From Octopus bimaculoides (taxonomy: Eukaryota): a stretch of 36,410 nt of DNA. The stretch spans positions 1,738,018 to 1,774,427 of the forward strand of contig NC_069000.1 of assembly GCF_001194135.2 (NCBI RefSeq), read 5' to 3'. Position numbers and translations under genes: made by a program. Below are positions 25,127 through 34,651 of this stretch, in pieces (the stretch's first letter is position 1; every line of letters starts with the position of its first letter). The notes beneath the pieces were generated by a model. The model searched no databases. It worked only from the letters and a program-made list of their open reading frames with translations, and was not told where the DNA came from.

Positions 25127-25165
<39 letters not shown>

Positions 25166-26045
25166 TACTTAAAGACCATAAATGTGTCTTACACATTTTA
25201 TATATTTCTAAATATCCTTCCTGCTGTGCTGATGACGGCAGATGAAGGCAGAAACGTATGCTCGCGGCTGTGTTATTTTCCTCAATGATATGACAATGTT
25301 CGAAAATTCTTTATTGATGAGATTATCTCTCCTTTTCAAGTCAGTGATTGCCATGTACCAGCGAGCAATAGAATTTTAAAAAATCCTAAATTTACTTGCG
25401 AGAATTTACAATAAAACAAAAGACGAAGACGGGTGTGTAAACAACAAACAGATATATTAGTTTAACGCTCGGGAAGAGAGAAAGTCTCTTATGTTTCGAG
25501 CCTACGCTCTTCGGCAGAAAGGAACACAGAAATAAACTGGGAGACATATATAATAGGGAGATTAGGGAGATATATATAATATAACTCTCCCTACACATAC
25601 GCCGTTGTTTTGCAAGAGATATATATTGTTCCCACTAATCCTTTAATCTCTTTATTAACAGGGAATTCCGATGGAAGACGGCAAAGGTTGCATAAATACG
25701 GTCAAAGACCTCGTTCTAATCTTGACATCCATAGTATTCACATGTAGTGTAGGCCACGCCTCGTCGAACTTCCCTCAGTACGATGAGTACGGCTTTCCCG
25801 CCAATTATCCGGCCTATTTGAAGGGGCCGGTCCCCACAGACAAGGTAACTGTTTCCTCTCTATGATGTCTCTGCAATTGTTTTTGTTTTCTTCTATTTTT
25901 AGTTTTGTATTGATTTCGTCCTGATGCTGAATTCATGGTCTACAAGTCTTGGAGATGGCTCAGATGAACGCGGTTGATGTTCCTCTTGAACATTGTGAAC
26001 ATTGTCAAAATGATGGCTGTAAAGGGAGAGAAAGAGTGAAAGAGA

Positions 26046-26139
<94 letters not shown>

Positions 26140-26856
26140 TGGTGGTGGTGAAAGTAAATATGGACGAGTTGGGGATTTCTTTGGTACTACGTTCTGTGGT
26201 AGAAGGACTGGTCTGCACAGCCACTGAATAGGAGAAAATTGTGCAAAAACTCGACAGATTCGGATTGATGGATTTGTACCTGTAATTAAAACGTTCGGCT
26301 TTGTTACACGTTATGCCATAGTGATTCTGTCGGAGGTTTACGTTGAAAGTATAGATGTCTGCGGAACAGCCAACCACTTAAATATTCATTTATGAGTTGG
26401 TAATTGATTGCTCAGTGTCAAAACTAACGGAGGAACCATCAAGTGTCTATGGGCAGAGGGTGTTTATAGATATATGTATGCGTGTGTGTGTGTGCGTGTG
26501 TGTGTGTGTGAGTGTGTGCGTGCGTACACGCGTGTGTGTATGAAGGTGCGTGGTTTAGTGGTTAGGGCATTCGGTTCACACGATCATCAGTTCGATCCAC
26601 AGCGGTTCCTTGGCTCCACTCCGCTCAGCAGGCAAAAATGAATTTTATCTGTAATTCAAAGGGTCAGTCTTGTTGCATTCTTTCTCACGCTGAATCTCCC
26701 TGAGAAATACCATAATTGGCTGAGTACTCCACAGACACGTGTACCCTTAGCGTGTCTGTGGAGTACTCAGCCAATTACACGTTAATTTCACGAGCGGGCT
26801 GTTCCGTTGATCGGATCAACTGGAACCCTCGTCGTCGTAACCGACGGAGTGCGAGG

Positions 26857-26900
<44 letters not shown>

Positions 26901-28952
26901 GTGTGTGTGGCTGTATATACACATGCATTTCTACTCTATCATCTCCTGTCTAAAGATAGATAACTCATTATCTTGCTTCACTGCTTCCNNNNNNNNNNNN
27001 NNNNNNNNNNNNNNNNNNNNNNNNNNNNNNNNNNNNNNNNNNNNNNNNNNNNNNNNNNNNNNNNNNNNNNNNNNNNNNNNNNNNNNNNNNNNNNNNNNNN
27101 NNNNNNNNNNNNNNNNNNNNNNNNNNNNNNNNNNNNNNNNNNNNNNNNNNNNNNNNNNNNNNNNNNNNNNNNNNNNNNNNNNNNNNNNNNNNNNNNNNNN
27201 NNNNNNNNNNNNNNNNNNNNNNNNNNNNNNNNNNNNNNNNNNNNNNNNNNNNNNNNNNNNNNNNNNNNNNNNNNNNNNNNNNNNNNNNNNNNNNNNNNNN
27301 NNNNNNNNNNNNNNNNNNNNNNNNNNNNNNNNNNNNNNNNNNNNNNNNNNNNNNNNNNNNNNNNNNNNNNNNNNNNNNNNNNNNNNNNNNNNNNNNNNNN
27401 NNNNNNNNNNNNNNNNNNNNNNNNNNNNNNNNNNNNNNNNNNNNNNNNNNNNNNNNNNNNNNCCGAAGTGTTTCTTGTTTTCCCTTTTTTTCCTCGTAAT
27501 ACCCGTGCTTTTGATATGAAAGTATTTTTTTTTCTCCTTGGACCAAAACGTATAAAAGTTAAAAACAATATTCTGATTTCGTTTCGTCATTTCAAACAAA
27601 TCGTCCTGTTTTTATACGTTCTCCATTACGCCTCCATTATTAACATTTACCCATCAATTATATAGAATTACTGTTTAAACTCTAGAACTCCCATCCCAAA
27701 GAAGAGAAAAACAAACTAAAAACCCCTCTTACCTTATTCCCGTTTCGCTCACAGAACAGAATTCCAGAAGACGCAAATAAAAGCTTATTTTTTTCTTTTT
27801 CTGAAAATCTAATTTTTTGTAGTCAAAGATTATTGTTTAGCAACACAGATTAAGTGCAAGATTGCTCACAGGTAAAAATTGGAATTTATTACCGAAAGGT
27901 AAAGAAGTCGTAAACCTTCGAAGTAATTTATTCTTACATGAATTTTTGTGTCTGGTGAAGATGATGTGGTTTATATTTAGATTAAACATCTGTAAGTTGA
28001 TCATGGCGGGAGAAAATGTGGAAAGGAAGAAGTTTTCAGGTTTCTTTTGGTTTTTTTTTTCACGTTTTGGTGTGGAAGCATTAAATAAACAGAAGTTAAA
28101 GGTGAACATGAGCGATGAGACAGTGTGATGAGAGCGGAGAAACAGGTGTGCAGATATTGGTGGAGGTGGTCTGCTACTGTCTTGTTAGAAGAGGTAAAGA
28201 GGAAGGGAAAATAAGAGAGAGAGAGGAAGAGAGAGAATGTCACGTGTTAAAAAAAGGAGGAACAACGAAGACAGAGTAAAAGCAACAACATAGTAGAAAC
28301 GGACATACAGAAAGTCTACTTCCTTCATCAGTAGCCGATTGAAATCATTACAATTTCGATTCCTATTGCAACGTTGTTCAACCAGGTGGTATCAACAGCA
28401 TGCTGGAGGTGCCGGGATATAGACGAGGGGTCACGAAAATTGAACAAAGACAGGAAAAATGAGTAGATGAAGAGTGTAATGGAAATAATTCAAACTTTTT
28501 AATCTCTTATAATTAATAAAGAAAAGATACCTCCATTACCTTGGACTAACTTTTCTATCATTGCTATTATTATTATATTGCACTGCACACAACGAACAAA
28601 TTGTATTTTCACACACACACACAGACGCATTTACGTTACATTCGTTTGTTTATTGTCGAATAAAAATGTAATTCTTCTTTGATATTTTCCAGAGTCCCTG
28701 TACAGAAGAAGACATATTGAAGTTGTTGCCTGACAAAAGAACAACTTTGGACATTATGACTGTTACCAAAATTCTCAGCTCGAAAGGAACCAATTCTTTG
28801 GGAGACTTCGAAATACAGTATATATTTGATCCGAAAGCTATACCAATAGTGAACAAGTAAGTACTACAACATATATCTGACCCCTACCCCCAAACACCAC
28901 ACATATTCAGCCATGGACATCCATAGAAGAGAGGTCACACTGTTTATGCATG

Positions 28953-29024
<72 letters not shown>

Positions 29025-29217
29025 TGTGTTTGTCCCCCACCATCGCTTGACAACCAATGTTGGTGTGTTTACGTCCCCGTAACATAGCGCTTCGGCAAAA
29101 GAACCCGATAGAATAAGTACTAGACTTACAAAGAATAAGTCTTGGGGTCAGTTTGCACACACTGACGTATATATATATATATATACATACATGCATGCAT
29201 ACACGCACATACACATT

Positions 29218-29251
<34 letters not shown>

Positions 29252-30052
29252 TACACTATGTTATCGATAACGAAGTCGTCTTCCCACTCCCAGTTTNNNN
29301 NNNNNNNNNNNNNNNNNNNNNNNNNNNNNNNNNNNNNNNNNNNNNNNNNNNNNNNNNNNNNNNNNNNNNNNNNNNNNNNNNNNNNNNNNNNNNNNNNNNN
29401 NNNNNNNNNNNNNNNNNNNNNNNNNNNNNNNNNNNNNNNNNNNNNNNNNNNNNNNNNNNNNNNNNNNNNNNNNNNNNNNNNNNNNNNNNNNNNNNNNNNN
29501 NNNNNNNNNNNNNNNNNNNNNNNNNNNNNNNNNNNNNNNNNNNNNNNNNNNNNNNNNTGTTGGTGATCTTGTTCGTTGTTGTTGTTTCTAGTGATGGTGG
29601 TGGTGGTGGTGGTGGTGGCGTTGGTGGCAGTGGTGGCGGTGGTGGCGGTGGTAATAATGATAAAGATAGCGATACGTAGTCGTTTAGTCCTGATCGTGTG
29701 AATGCTATCAAAGACAGTCCACTCGTGACAATCCCACCTTTTTCAGGTACACCCCAGTCCATCCCCACCAAGATGACCACATTGTCCCGTCTGTTCTTTT
29801 CTAAGTTATTTATTTTTTTTATTCATCTACCTTTCTACCATTTGACAGCGGCCATGCTGGGGCACTGCCTGGAGAAGTTTATTCGAACAAATTGATCCCA
29901 GTACCCTTTTCTAAAGCTTCGTACTTATTCTGTTGATCTCTTTTTGCCAAACAGCTAGGTCACAAGGACGTAAACAAACCAGCACTGCTTTGGTAGAAAT
30001 CCAAAGACATGTATGCAGACAGACAAACAGAAACACACACGCACACGCACAC

Positions 30053-30086
<34 letters not shown>

Positions 30087-30713
30087 CGCACGCACGTACA
30101 CACACACAAACATACATCCACATACATCGGGTTTCCACACAGTTTCCAACTACCAAATTCGTGATGGCATCGCACAGACCGGGGCTATTGTTAAAGACGC
30201 TTGAACAGTGTGCTGCGCAGCGGGATTGAAACCGAAAGCACGTGGTTGCAAAGAAAACTTCTTAATTATGCAGTCAGGCCTCTATTCATATATATCCTCA
30301 ACCAATTTGTTGTTTTTTAACCCAGCCCTTCTCAATTACTATCATCATAGCCTATCCGACGAGCATGAACATACAATTTCCGAGCAAGCAGCGCAGCTCG
30401 AATCCAGGACACGATGTTTATGAATAATACGTGCATGCAGCAACCCATTTTGCAGTGTGGTAGATCCATACATAAGGGAAAATAAAGAAGGTAAATGGCG
30501 GTAAACCGGAAGTAAATAGAGCAAAATGAAAACCAAATGTTTTCATCTGCTTAGAGCTTATCTGCAAATATTTGTTACTGCTTTTCATCGGACCTCTGCT
30601 GTTTTGGAGAAGGAAACAGATAAGACAATAAATAGATAACTTTGGTAGCAGAAGAAAGAGACGATGAGGGAAGGATAGGAATAACAAGAATATGTATGTA
30701 TGTGTGTGTGTGC

Positions 30714-30744
<31 letters not shown>

Positions 30745-30872
30745 CATCTACGCACACACACACACACACATACGTACATGTATGTATGTAGAGATTAAAC
30801 AAACTAGCGGAACTATATACTTCTTTAAACATCACGCTTTCATAATATATACATACATACATATATATATAC

Positions 30873-30903
<31 letters not shown>

Positions 30904-31641
30904 TGTATGTATGTATGTATGTATGTATGTATGTACGTATGTATGTGCACGCACGAAATCTGAGAATAAGGAGCCGAAAAAAAATCTCATTTATAATTAC
31001 TTATCACTTTTGTAAATCAACCATTTTTGTGAATCTCTGAATTTAATTTTATCAATTCATAAGTTTTTCTCTAAGTGGACAATTTTTGTTCATCATATTT
31101 TCTTGCAATTTTTTTTTGTCAGTCAATCAATTTTCTCAAACCTCACTTTTGTCAATCGATTATTTTTTCTGTGTTAATCAATCAGTTCAATCAACCAAGC
31201 GGTTTTTTCTTCGATTATTCAGGTTTCCTCTCCAATCAACTATATCTTCTCAGTAAATCATAATCATCAATCATTTTATAAATCGATGATCCTCAGCAGC
31301 CAATCAGTTTTTGCAAACATTATTTTTAAACAATCACGTTTTTCAATTAAACATTTTTCTCAGTCACTTAATTATATTTGTTAATCATGATTTTTTAAAT
31401 CAATCATGAGGCAAATCCACATTCTTTACTAATCTTCTTTCTTTCTTTCTTTCTTTTCTTTTCGTTTTTTTCTTTCTTTTCTTCTGATCCTGTGACGTTT
31501 CTATTGTTTTTCTCTTCCTCTTTTAGGTTTCGGAGCGACTTAAAACACATCGGAGTGATCATTCGAGAACGAAACAGCACCAGGAACCCACCTTACACAT
31601 ACCTCGATCCGATTTACATTCCAAACTCGATCAGCATTTAG
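4910..31641 (+). CDS. Lipoxygenase gene (arachidonate LOX / AOS-LOX-like catalytic domain), 13 visible coding exons; 5' exons and one internal exon not visible
   Basis: Hand-spliced exons give [22 protein letters not shown]...[18 protein letters not shown]...CAPIALF...PIAIQL...[25 protein letters not shown]...[10 protein letters not shown]...[10 protein letters not shown]...[18 protein letters not shown] family motifs are present, the H-x4-H-x4-H, HxxxN and C-terminal Ile ligands are intact, and splice phases are concordant. Confidence 0.96.
5677..5947 (-). mobile_element. Mariner transposon 3' remnant (TIR plus degraded transposase C-terminus)
   Basis: Minus strand reads [30 protein letters not shown], a degenerate HPPYSPDLAPSDYHLF motif; TA followed by a TTGGGTTGGCCAAAAAGT mariner-type terminus. 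Confidence 0.88.
6715..6890 (+). mobile_element. SINE family B, 3' half
   Basis: aaccgatgctggtgtgtttacgtcc...cagcatggccgcagtcaaatgactgaaac plus A-rich tail; matches the reverse complement of 34260-34651. Confidence 0.85.
7030..7128. repeat. (ATCC)n-(ATCT)n compound microsatellite
   Basis: Direct observation. Confidence 0.95.
7131..7311 (-). mobile_element. SINE-like family C copy, truncated by gap
   Basis: Homology to 4618-4833. Confidence 0.8.
8017..8087 (+). mobile_element. Family C fragment
   Basis: actggtact...gaaaggcaaagtcgacctcg...tttgaactcag. Confidence 0.75.
8785..8916 (+). CDS. LOX exon b: [44 protein letters not shown] (0-0)
   Basis: cgttttag|TGG...ATG|gtaagt; 132 nt, open frame. 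Confidence 0.88.
9093..9250 (+). mobile_element. SINE family B, 5' half, diverged
   Basis: tRNA-like head plus gacggaaactgaaagaagcc.gtcgtatata. Confidence 0.75.
9601..9698 (+). CDS. LOX exon c: [32 protein letters not shown](N) (0-2)
   Basis: ttttgtag|AGT...AA|gtatgt; matches WxxDxxFGxQRxxGxNP LOX motif. Confidence 0.95.
9902..10004. repeat. Imperfect inverted repeat, 30-bp arms, 43-nt loop
   Basis: 9902-9931 versus 9975-10004 match 26/30. Confidence 0.85.
10396..10659. mobile_element. Fold-back (MITE-like) palindrome, 110-bp arms
   Basis: 10430-10505 versus 10550-10625 match at 69/76 as reverse complements; weaker symmetry continues in register to 10396/10659. Confidence 0.75.
11901..12033 (+). 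CDS. LOX exon d: (N)[44 protein letters not shown] (2-0)
   Basis: tatttcag|T...AAT|gtaact; phase matches both neighbours. Confidence 0.93.
12201..12296 (+). CDS. LOX exon e: [32 protein letters not shown] (0-0)
   Basis: ttttgaag|ATT...CCG|gtaagt; PIAIQL motif. Confidence 0.96.
12383..12479 (+). CDS. LOX exon f: [32 protein letters not shown](A) (0-1), GC donor
   Basis: tctttcag|GTA...CTG G|gcaagt; WxxAKxW and HQxxxH motifs. Confidence 0.95.
12562..12654. repeat. (CA)n microsatellite
   Basis: Direct observation. Confidence 0.95.
14021..14138 (+). CDS. LOX exon g: (A)[38 protein letters not shown](A) (1-2)
   Basis: gctttgcag|CC...GC|gtaagt; THL iron ligand and HPxxKLLxPH motif. Confidence 0.97.
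14662..14805. repeat. Nested perfect palindrome containing a hammerhead-like motif
   Basis: 14691-14756 is a perfect 66-bp palindrome; 14662-14691 versus 14776-14805 is a perfect 30-bp inverted repeat. Confidence 0.9.
14720..14776 (+). ncRNA. Candidate type I hammerhead ribozyme motif (Penelope-like-element type)
   Basis: cagta CTGATGA [stem II region with attgat/atcaat hairpin] GAAAC GC GTC tactg; stem I is cagta/tactg. Confidence 0.5.
15683..15775 (+). CDS. LOX exon h: (A)[30 protein letters not shown](G) (2-2)
   Basis: atttttcag|T...GG|gtaagt; phase concordant. Confidence 0.93.
16725..16850 (+). mobile_element. SINE family A, 3' fragment
   Basis: gagaactac.ttaagggtacac...aaccgacggagtgcc. 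Confidence 0.85.
17215..17405 (-). mobile_element. SINE family B, 3' half
   Basis: gtttcagtca.ttg..tgcggccatgctggggcacc. Confidence 0.75.
17510..17905. mobile_element. hAT-like non-autonomous element remnant
   Basis: Ends ...ggccgcatgcggcc...ggctgacgaccactg (reverse complement CAGTGGTC terminus and subterminal palindrome typical of hAT/Charlie elements). The left end is degenerate and no TSD was found. Confidence 0.45.
18004..18236 (+). mobile_element. SINE with family A tRNA-like head and a different 3' body
   Basis: gtggctcagtggttagggtgttggactc...ttcgattc (A/B boxes). Confidence 0.8.
18721..18807 (+). mobile_element. SINE family B head fragment
   Basis: ggctgtgtggttaag...gggttcaatcccactg. 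Confidence 0.7.
18964..19024 (+). CDS. LOX exon i: (G)[20 protein letters not shown] (2-0)
   Basis: atttctgtag|A...GGA|gtgagt; aligns to the LOX WxxDxxGxxPxDLxxRG segment, though divergent. Confidence 0.85.
19566..19852 (-). mobile_element. SINE family A, near full length
   Basis: Reverse-complement homology to 4275-4593 and 26545-26852. Confidence 0.85.
20913..21887. other. Largest assembly gap. Others: 3892-4118, 7312-7412, 10686-11615, 14806-15051, 15382-15518, 16209-16617, 22465-22790, 26989-27462, 29297-29557
   Basis: N runs, most bordered by microsatellites. Confidence 1.
21888..22008 (-). mobile_element. SINE family B fragment
   Basis: gccgaaccgctaagttacggg..gtaaac. Confidence 0.7.
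22125..22325. repeat. (GAT/GGT/GAC)n compound trinucleotide repeat
   Basis: Direct observation. Confidence 0.9.
23271..23362 (+). CDS. LOX exon k: [31 protein letters not shown] (1-0)
   Basis: ccccgaag|AA...AAG|gtaagt; DxEIQxW motif. An in-frame alternative acceptor (ccccag) lies 9 nt downstream. Confidence 0.9.
23510..23706 (+). mobile_element. Family C copy, diverged
   Basis: ctagcacaaggcc...ttgaactcagaatgtaaag...aacgattctgccag. Confidence 0.75.
23755..23898 (-). mobile_element. SINE family B, 5' half, diverged
   Basis: cagtttcc.tctaccaaattc. Confidence 0.6.
24033..24364. mobile_element. hAT-type MITE with 8-bp target-site duplication
   Basis: Left end tagcagttctcgacc, right end ggctgagaaccactg; flanked by ttataaac / tcataaac (7/8 identical). 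Confidence 0.72.
25662..25844 (+). CDS. LOX exon l: [61 protein letters not shown] (0-0)
   Basis: tattaacag|GGA...AAG|gtaact; HxxxNFxQ motif with His and Asn iron ligands. Confidence 0.96.
26040..26136. repeat. (GA)n microsatellite
   Basis: Direct observation. Confidence 0.95.
26545..26852 (+). mobile_element. SINE family A carrying an internal inverted duplication
   Basis: Family homology; perfect 27-bp hairpin at 26713-26777. Confidence 0.85.
28693..28856 (+). CDS. LOX exon m: [54 protein letters not shown](K) (0-2)
   Basis: attttccag|AGT...AA|gtaagt; open frame, phase concordant. Confidence 0.94.
29021..29156 (+). mobile_element. SINE family B, middle fragment
   Basis: gtttgtcccccaccatcgcttgacaacc...agaataagtc. 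Confidence 0.85.
29838..30280 (-). mobile_element. SINE family B, full length, diverged, with internal (CA)n
   Basis: Collinear with 34260-34651. Confidence 0.8.
30875..30945. repeat. (TATG)n microsatellite
   Basis: Direct observation. Confidence 0.95.
31527..31641 (+). CDS. LOX terminal exon: (K)[37 protein letters not shown]
   Basis: ctcttttag|G...ATT TAG; RN..PY.YL.P..IPNSISI with C-terminal Ile ligand. Confidence 0.97.
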
Positions 31642-31664
31642 AACATGAACTAAATCGATAATCC

Positions 31665-31670
31665 AATAAA
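31665..31670 (+). terminator. Candidate polyadenylation signal AATAAA in the LOX 3' UTR (more copies near 31708 and 31836)
   Basis: Hexamer 24 nt after the stop. The region is AT-rich, so which signal is used is unknown. Confidence 0.3.
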
Positions 31671-32039
31671 TAATTTCCTTATCATCGAAACAAAGCAACA
31701 AGTAAATGAATAAATAAATAAAGCTAGAACGAACAAACAAAACAAAAGAGTTCAAGATAAACAGATAAAAAGTTTACAGAAATATTTACATAATTCACTT
31801 AATCTCTTTAATATGACCGTAGGAAAAAATACGAAATAAACAAAATCGCTAATGAGATCAGAATAACAAAACATGACTTAAGTTGTCTCCCATACGCATT
31901 GAATGAAAAAGATGGAAAAAAAAATTAAAAAGACGTTGATCAATGCTGTATTTTACTCTCCTTTTCTGTCCTGCATAATTATTTCTAGTTGGCTTCTCTA
32001 AATGCGCCCTGCATTAAATATGTTAACACTGACTGACAT

Positions 32040-32072
<33 letters not shown>

Positions 32073-32613
32073 GACAGGAATTGGCAAACTTGCAAGCTCT
32101 TGAAGAAAACATGATTCTAAGATGCAACTTCATCTCCCCACTCAACCTTGATCCTCCCCCGGGAAAGGGTACAAACGTTAAAGCTTTCTATTTTTTGTTC
32201 TTTGAAAATATATACGGTTGTTGTTGACTTGTAAATGTAAAAACCAAAATGAAAAAAAAAATAATAACAAGATAACCCCCAAAAAACAAATGTTGTTTCG
32301 CTCTCCTGTTTTGTTTTCCTTCTTTTCAATTTTGTTTTATATTCTATTTGTGTGTCGAGTGACAAACGGTTGTGTATCAGACGGAACACAAGATGGCGAC
32401 CGGGTTTAACAGGATTGTTTTGGTTTGGCAAGTACCTGCCTACCGGGTGGTATTCGGACAAAATGACGAATGTTGACATGCGTCATACATGTCAAAATAC
32501 CGACAGTCCAAATGCCAGCGTTCATAACACTGAAAAAAAATCTCCCTCTAGTGTGTATTTAAAATCTGAAAACAACAAGAAACGGAGATAATTCCAAGAA
32601 ATGAAGATGTTAC

Positions 32614-32772
32614 ATCGACCCCAGCGTTCAAATGGGCCTTATTTTATCGATCTCCGAAGTTATGAAAGACAAAGTCGACCACGGCGGAGTTTAAACTCGG
32701 AACGTGAAGACGGACGAAACGCCTCAAAGAATTTTGCTCGGCGTGCAAACGGCTCTTCTAACTCGTTGCCTT
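32614..32772 (+). mobile_element. Family C, 5'-truncated copy
   Basis: atcgaccccag...aaagtcgacc.cggcgg. Confidence 0.8.
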
Positions 32773-32809
32773 ACACCAAACTAATATATTACAGTAAAAT
32801 AAATAAAAT

Positions 32810-33288
32810 ATTCTTTTCTACTCTCGGCAAAAGGCCCCAAATTTTTGGGGAGGGGGGGCAGTCGATTAGATCGACCCCAGTGCGCAGCTGGTACTTAATT
32901 TATCGAACCCGAGAGGATGAAAGGCAAAGTCGACATCGGCAGCAGTTTGAACTCAGAACGTAAAGATAGACGAAATACCCCTAAGCATTTTCCCCCCACC
33001 CCTCGCGTGCTAACGATTCTTTTCTACTCTAGGCACAAGGCCCGACATTTTTGGGGGAGGGGGCCAGTCGATTAGATCGACCTCAGTGTGCAACTGGTAC
33101 TTAATCTATCGACTCCAAAATGATGAAGGGCAAAGTCGACCTCGGCGAAATTTGAACTCAGAACATAAAGACAGATGAAATACCGCTAAGCATTTCGCCC
33201 CCACTGCTCGCGTGCTAACGATTCTTTTCTACACTAGGCACAAGGCATTTCGCCCAGCGTCCTAACGTTTCTGCCAGCTCACCGCCTT
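32810..33288 (+). mobile_element. Family C head-to-tail tandem array (units start 32810, 33016, 33221)
   Basis: Repeated attcttttctac start with periods 206 and 205 bp; third unit internally deleted. Confidence 0.88.
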
Positions 33289-34140
33289 AAATAAATAAAA
33301 TATTGCATTGAAGTAAAATCTTAATTAAAAATTTTGCAAAATTCCTCACATTTTCATGTCATTGGCTTAATTTCAAATTATGACGGTGATATTACCGAAA
33401 AATATAAACGCCATAACTTGTTGAAATATTTCCGTACAACACTTCCGAAGAAGTAAAGAAGATCATATTTAATCTACTGTAATCTTACTGGGGCTGCTCC
33501 TGTTACATTTGTCTGGTAATACTTAAGAATTACATATTCTCAGAATACTGCATCAGAGCCGGAACTAAGACAAGCAGGGTCTATACATGGACACTCGGTC
33601 TGCTAGAGATAACAGTCAAATCTCTGTCTTTACGTGCGCGCACACAAATACATACGCTCACATATACACATGCACGCGCGCACATATGCACATATCCTCC
33701 CCCACACACAAATACACACAAGCACACACAAATACATACAAATACAGACAAACACATACACACCTTGCCACCTTAAGCAGGGAAAAGAAACGATTGATAA
33801 TGCAGGCAGTGATGGTCACGGTTGGGAAGTCTTAGAACGGCGATAACAACAATATAACTATGCTGACTGAGCTAACGAAGGGACGTCTTCGCAATCACAC
33901 GGTCTGCTAGAAATAGCGACTAAAATCCACTTTAAAATGTTATCTGTTCCAAGAAGCGTTCACCTGGGGTTCAACAACAACAACAACAACTACTACTACT
34001 ACTACTGCTACTGCTACTAGTAGTACGTCGAAACCTGCATTTCCTGTATGGAATGTTTAAATTTGCTAATTAACTCTTAAGATATACAATCTGTGGAATG
34101 TGTGTGAGTGTGTTTGTGTGCGTTTGTGTATGGAGTTGTG

Positions 34141-34172
<32 letters not shown>

Positions 34173-34218
34173 AATACATATATGCACATACATATATATA
34201 TGTGTATATATATATGTC

Positions 34219-34259
<41 letters not shown>

Positions 34260-34651
34260 TCTTTTACTCTTTTTTTTTACACGTTTCAGTCATTTGAATG
34301 CGGCCATGCTGGATCACCGCCTTTAGTCGAAGAAATCGACCCCAGAAATTATTCTTTGTAAGCCTAGTACTTATTCTATCGGATATCTATCGTCGAACCG
34401 CTATGTTTCAGGGACGTAAACATACCAACATCGGTTGTCAAACGATGGTGGGACAAACACAGACACAAAGCGTACACACACACATAAATATATACGACGG
34501 GCTTTCTTTCAGTTTCCGTCTACCAAATCCACTCCCAGGACTTTCGTCAGCCCAAGGCTATAGCAAAAGACACTTGCCGAAGTTGCCACGCAGTGGGACT
34601 GAACCCGAAACCATGTGGCTGGAAAGCAAGCTTATTACACACAGCCGCGCC
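34260..34651 (-). mobile_element. SINE family B, full length
   Basis: tRNA-like head (reverse complement ggcgcggctgtgtg...gggttcagtcccactg), internal microsatellite and A-rich tail. Confidence 0.9.

Noticed and set aside
32046-32072. Poly(A) tract as a sign of a processed pseudogene (also 1-18)
   Set aside because: The LOX gene is fully intron-containing; these are genomic A-runs
32810-33288. CRISPR-like regular spacing
   Set aside because: Units are about 205-bp whole-element duplications with no unique spacers, in a eukaryotic context
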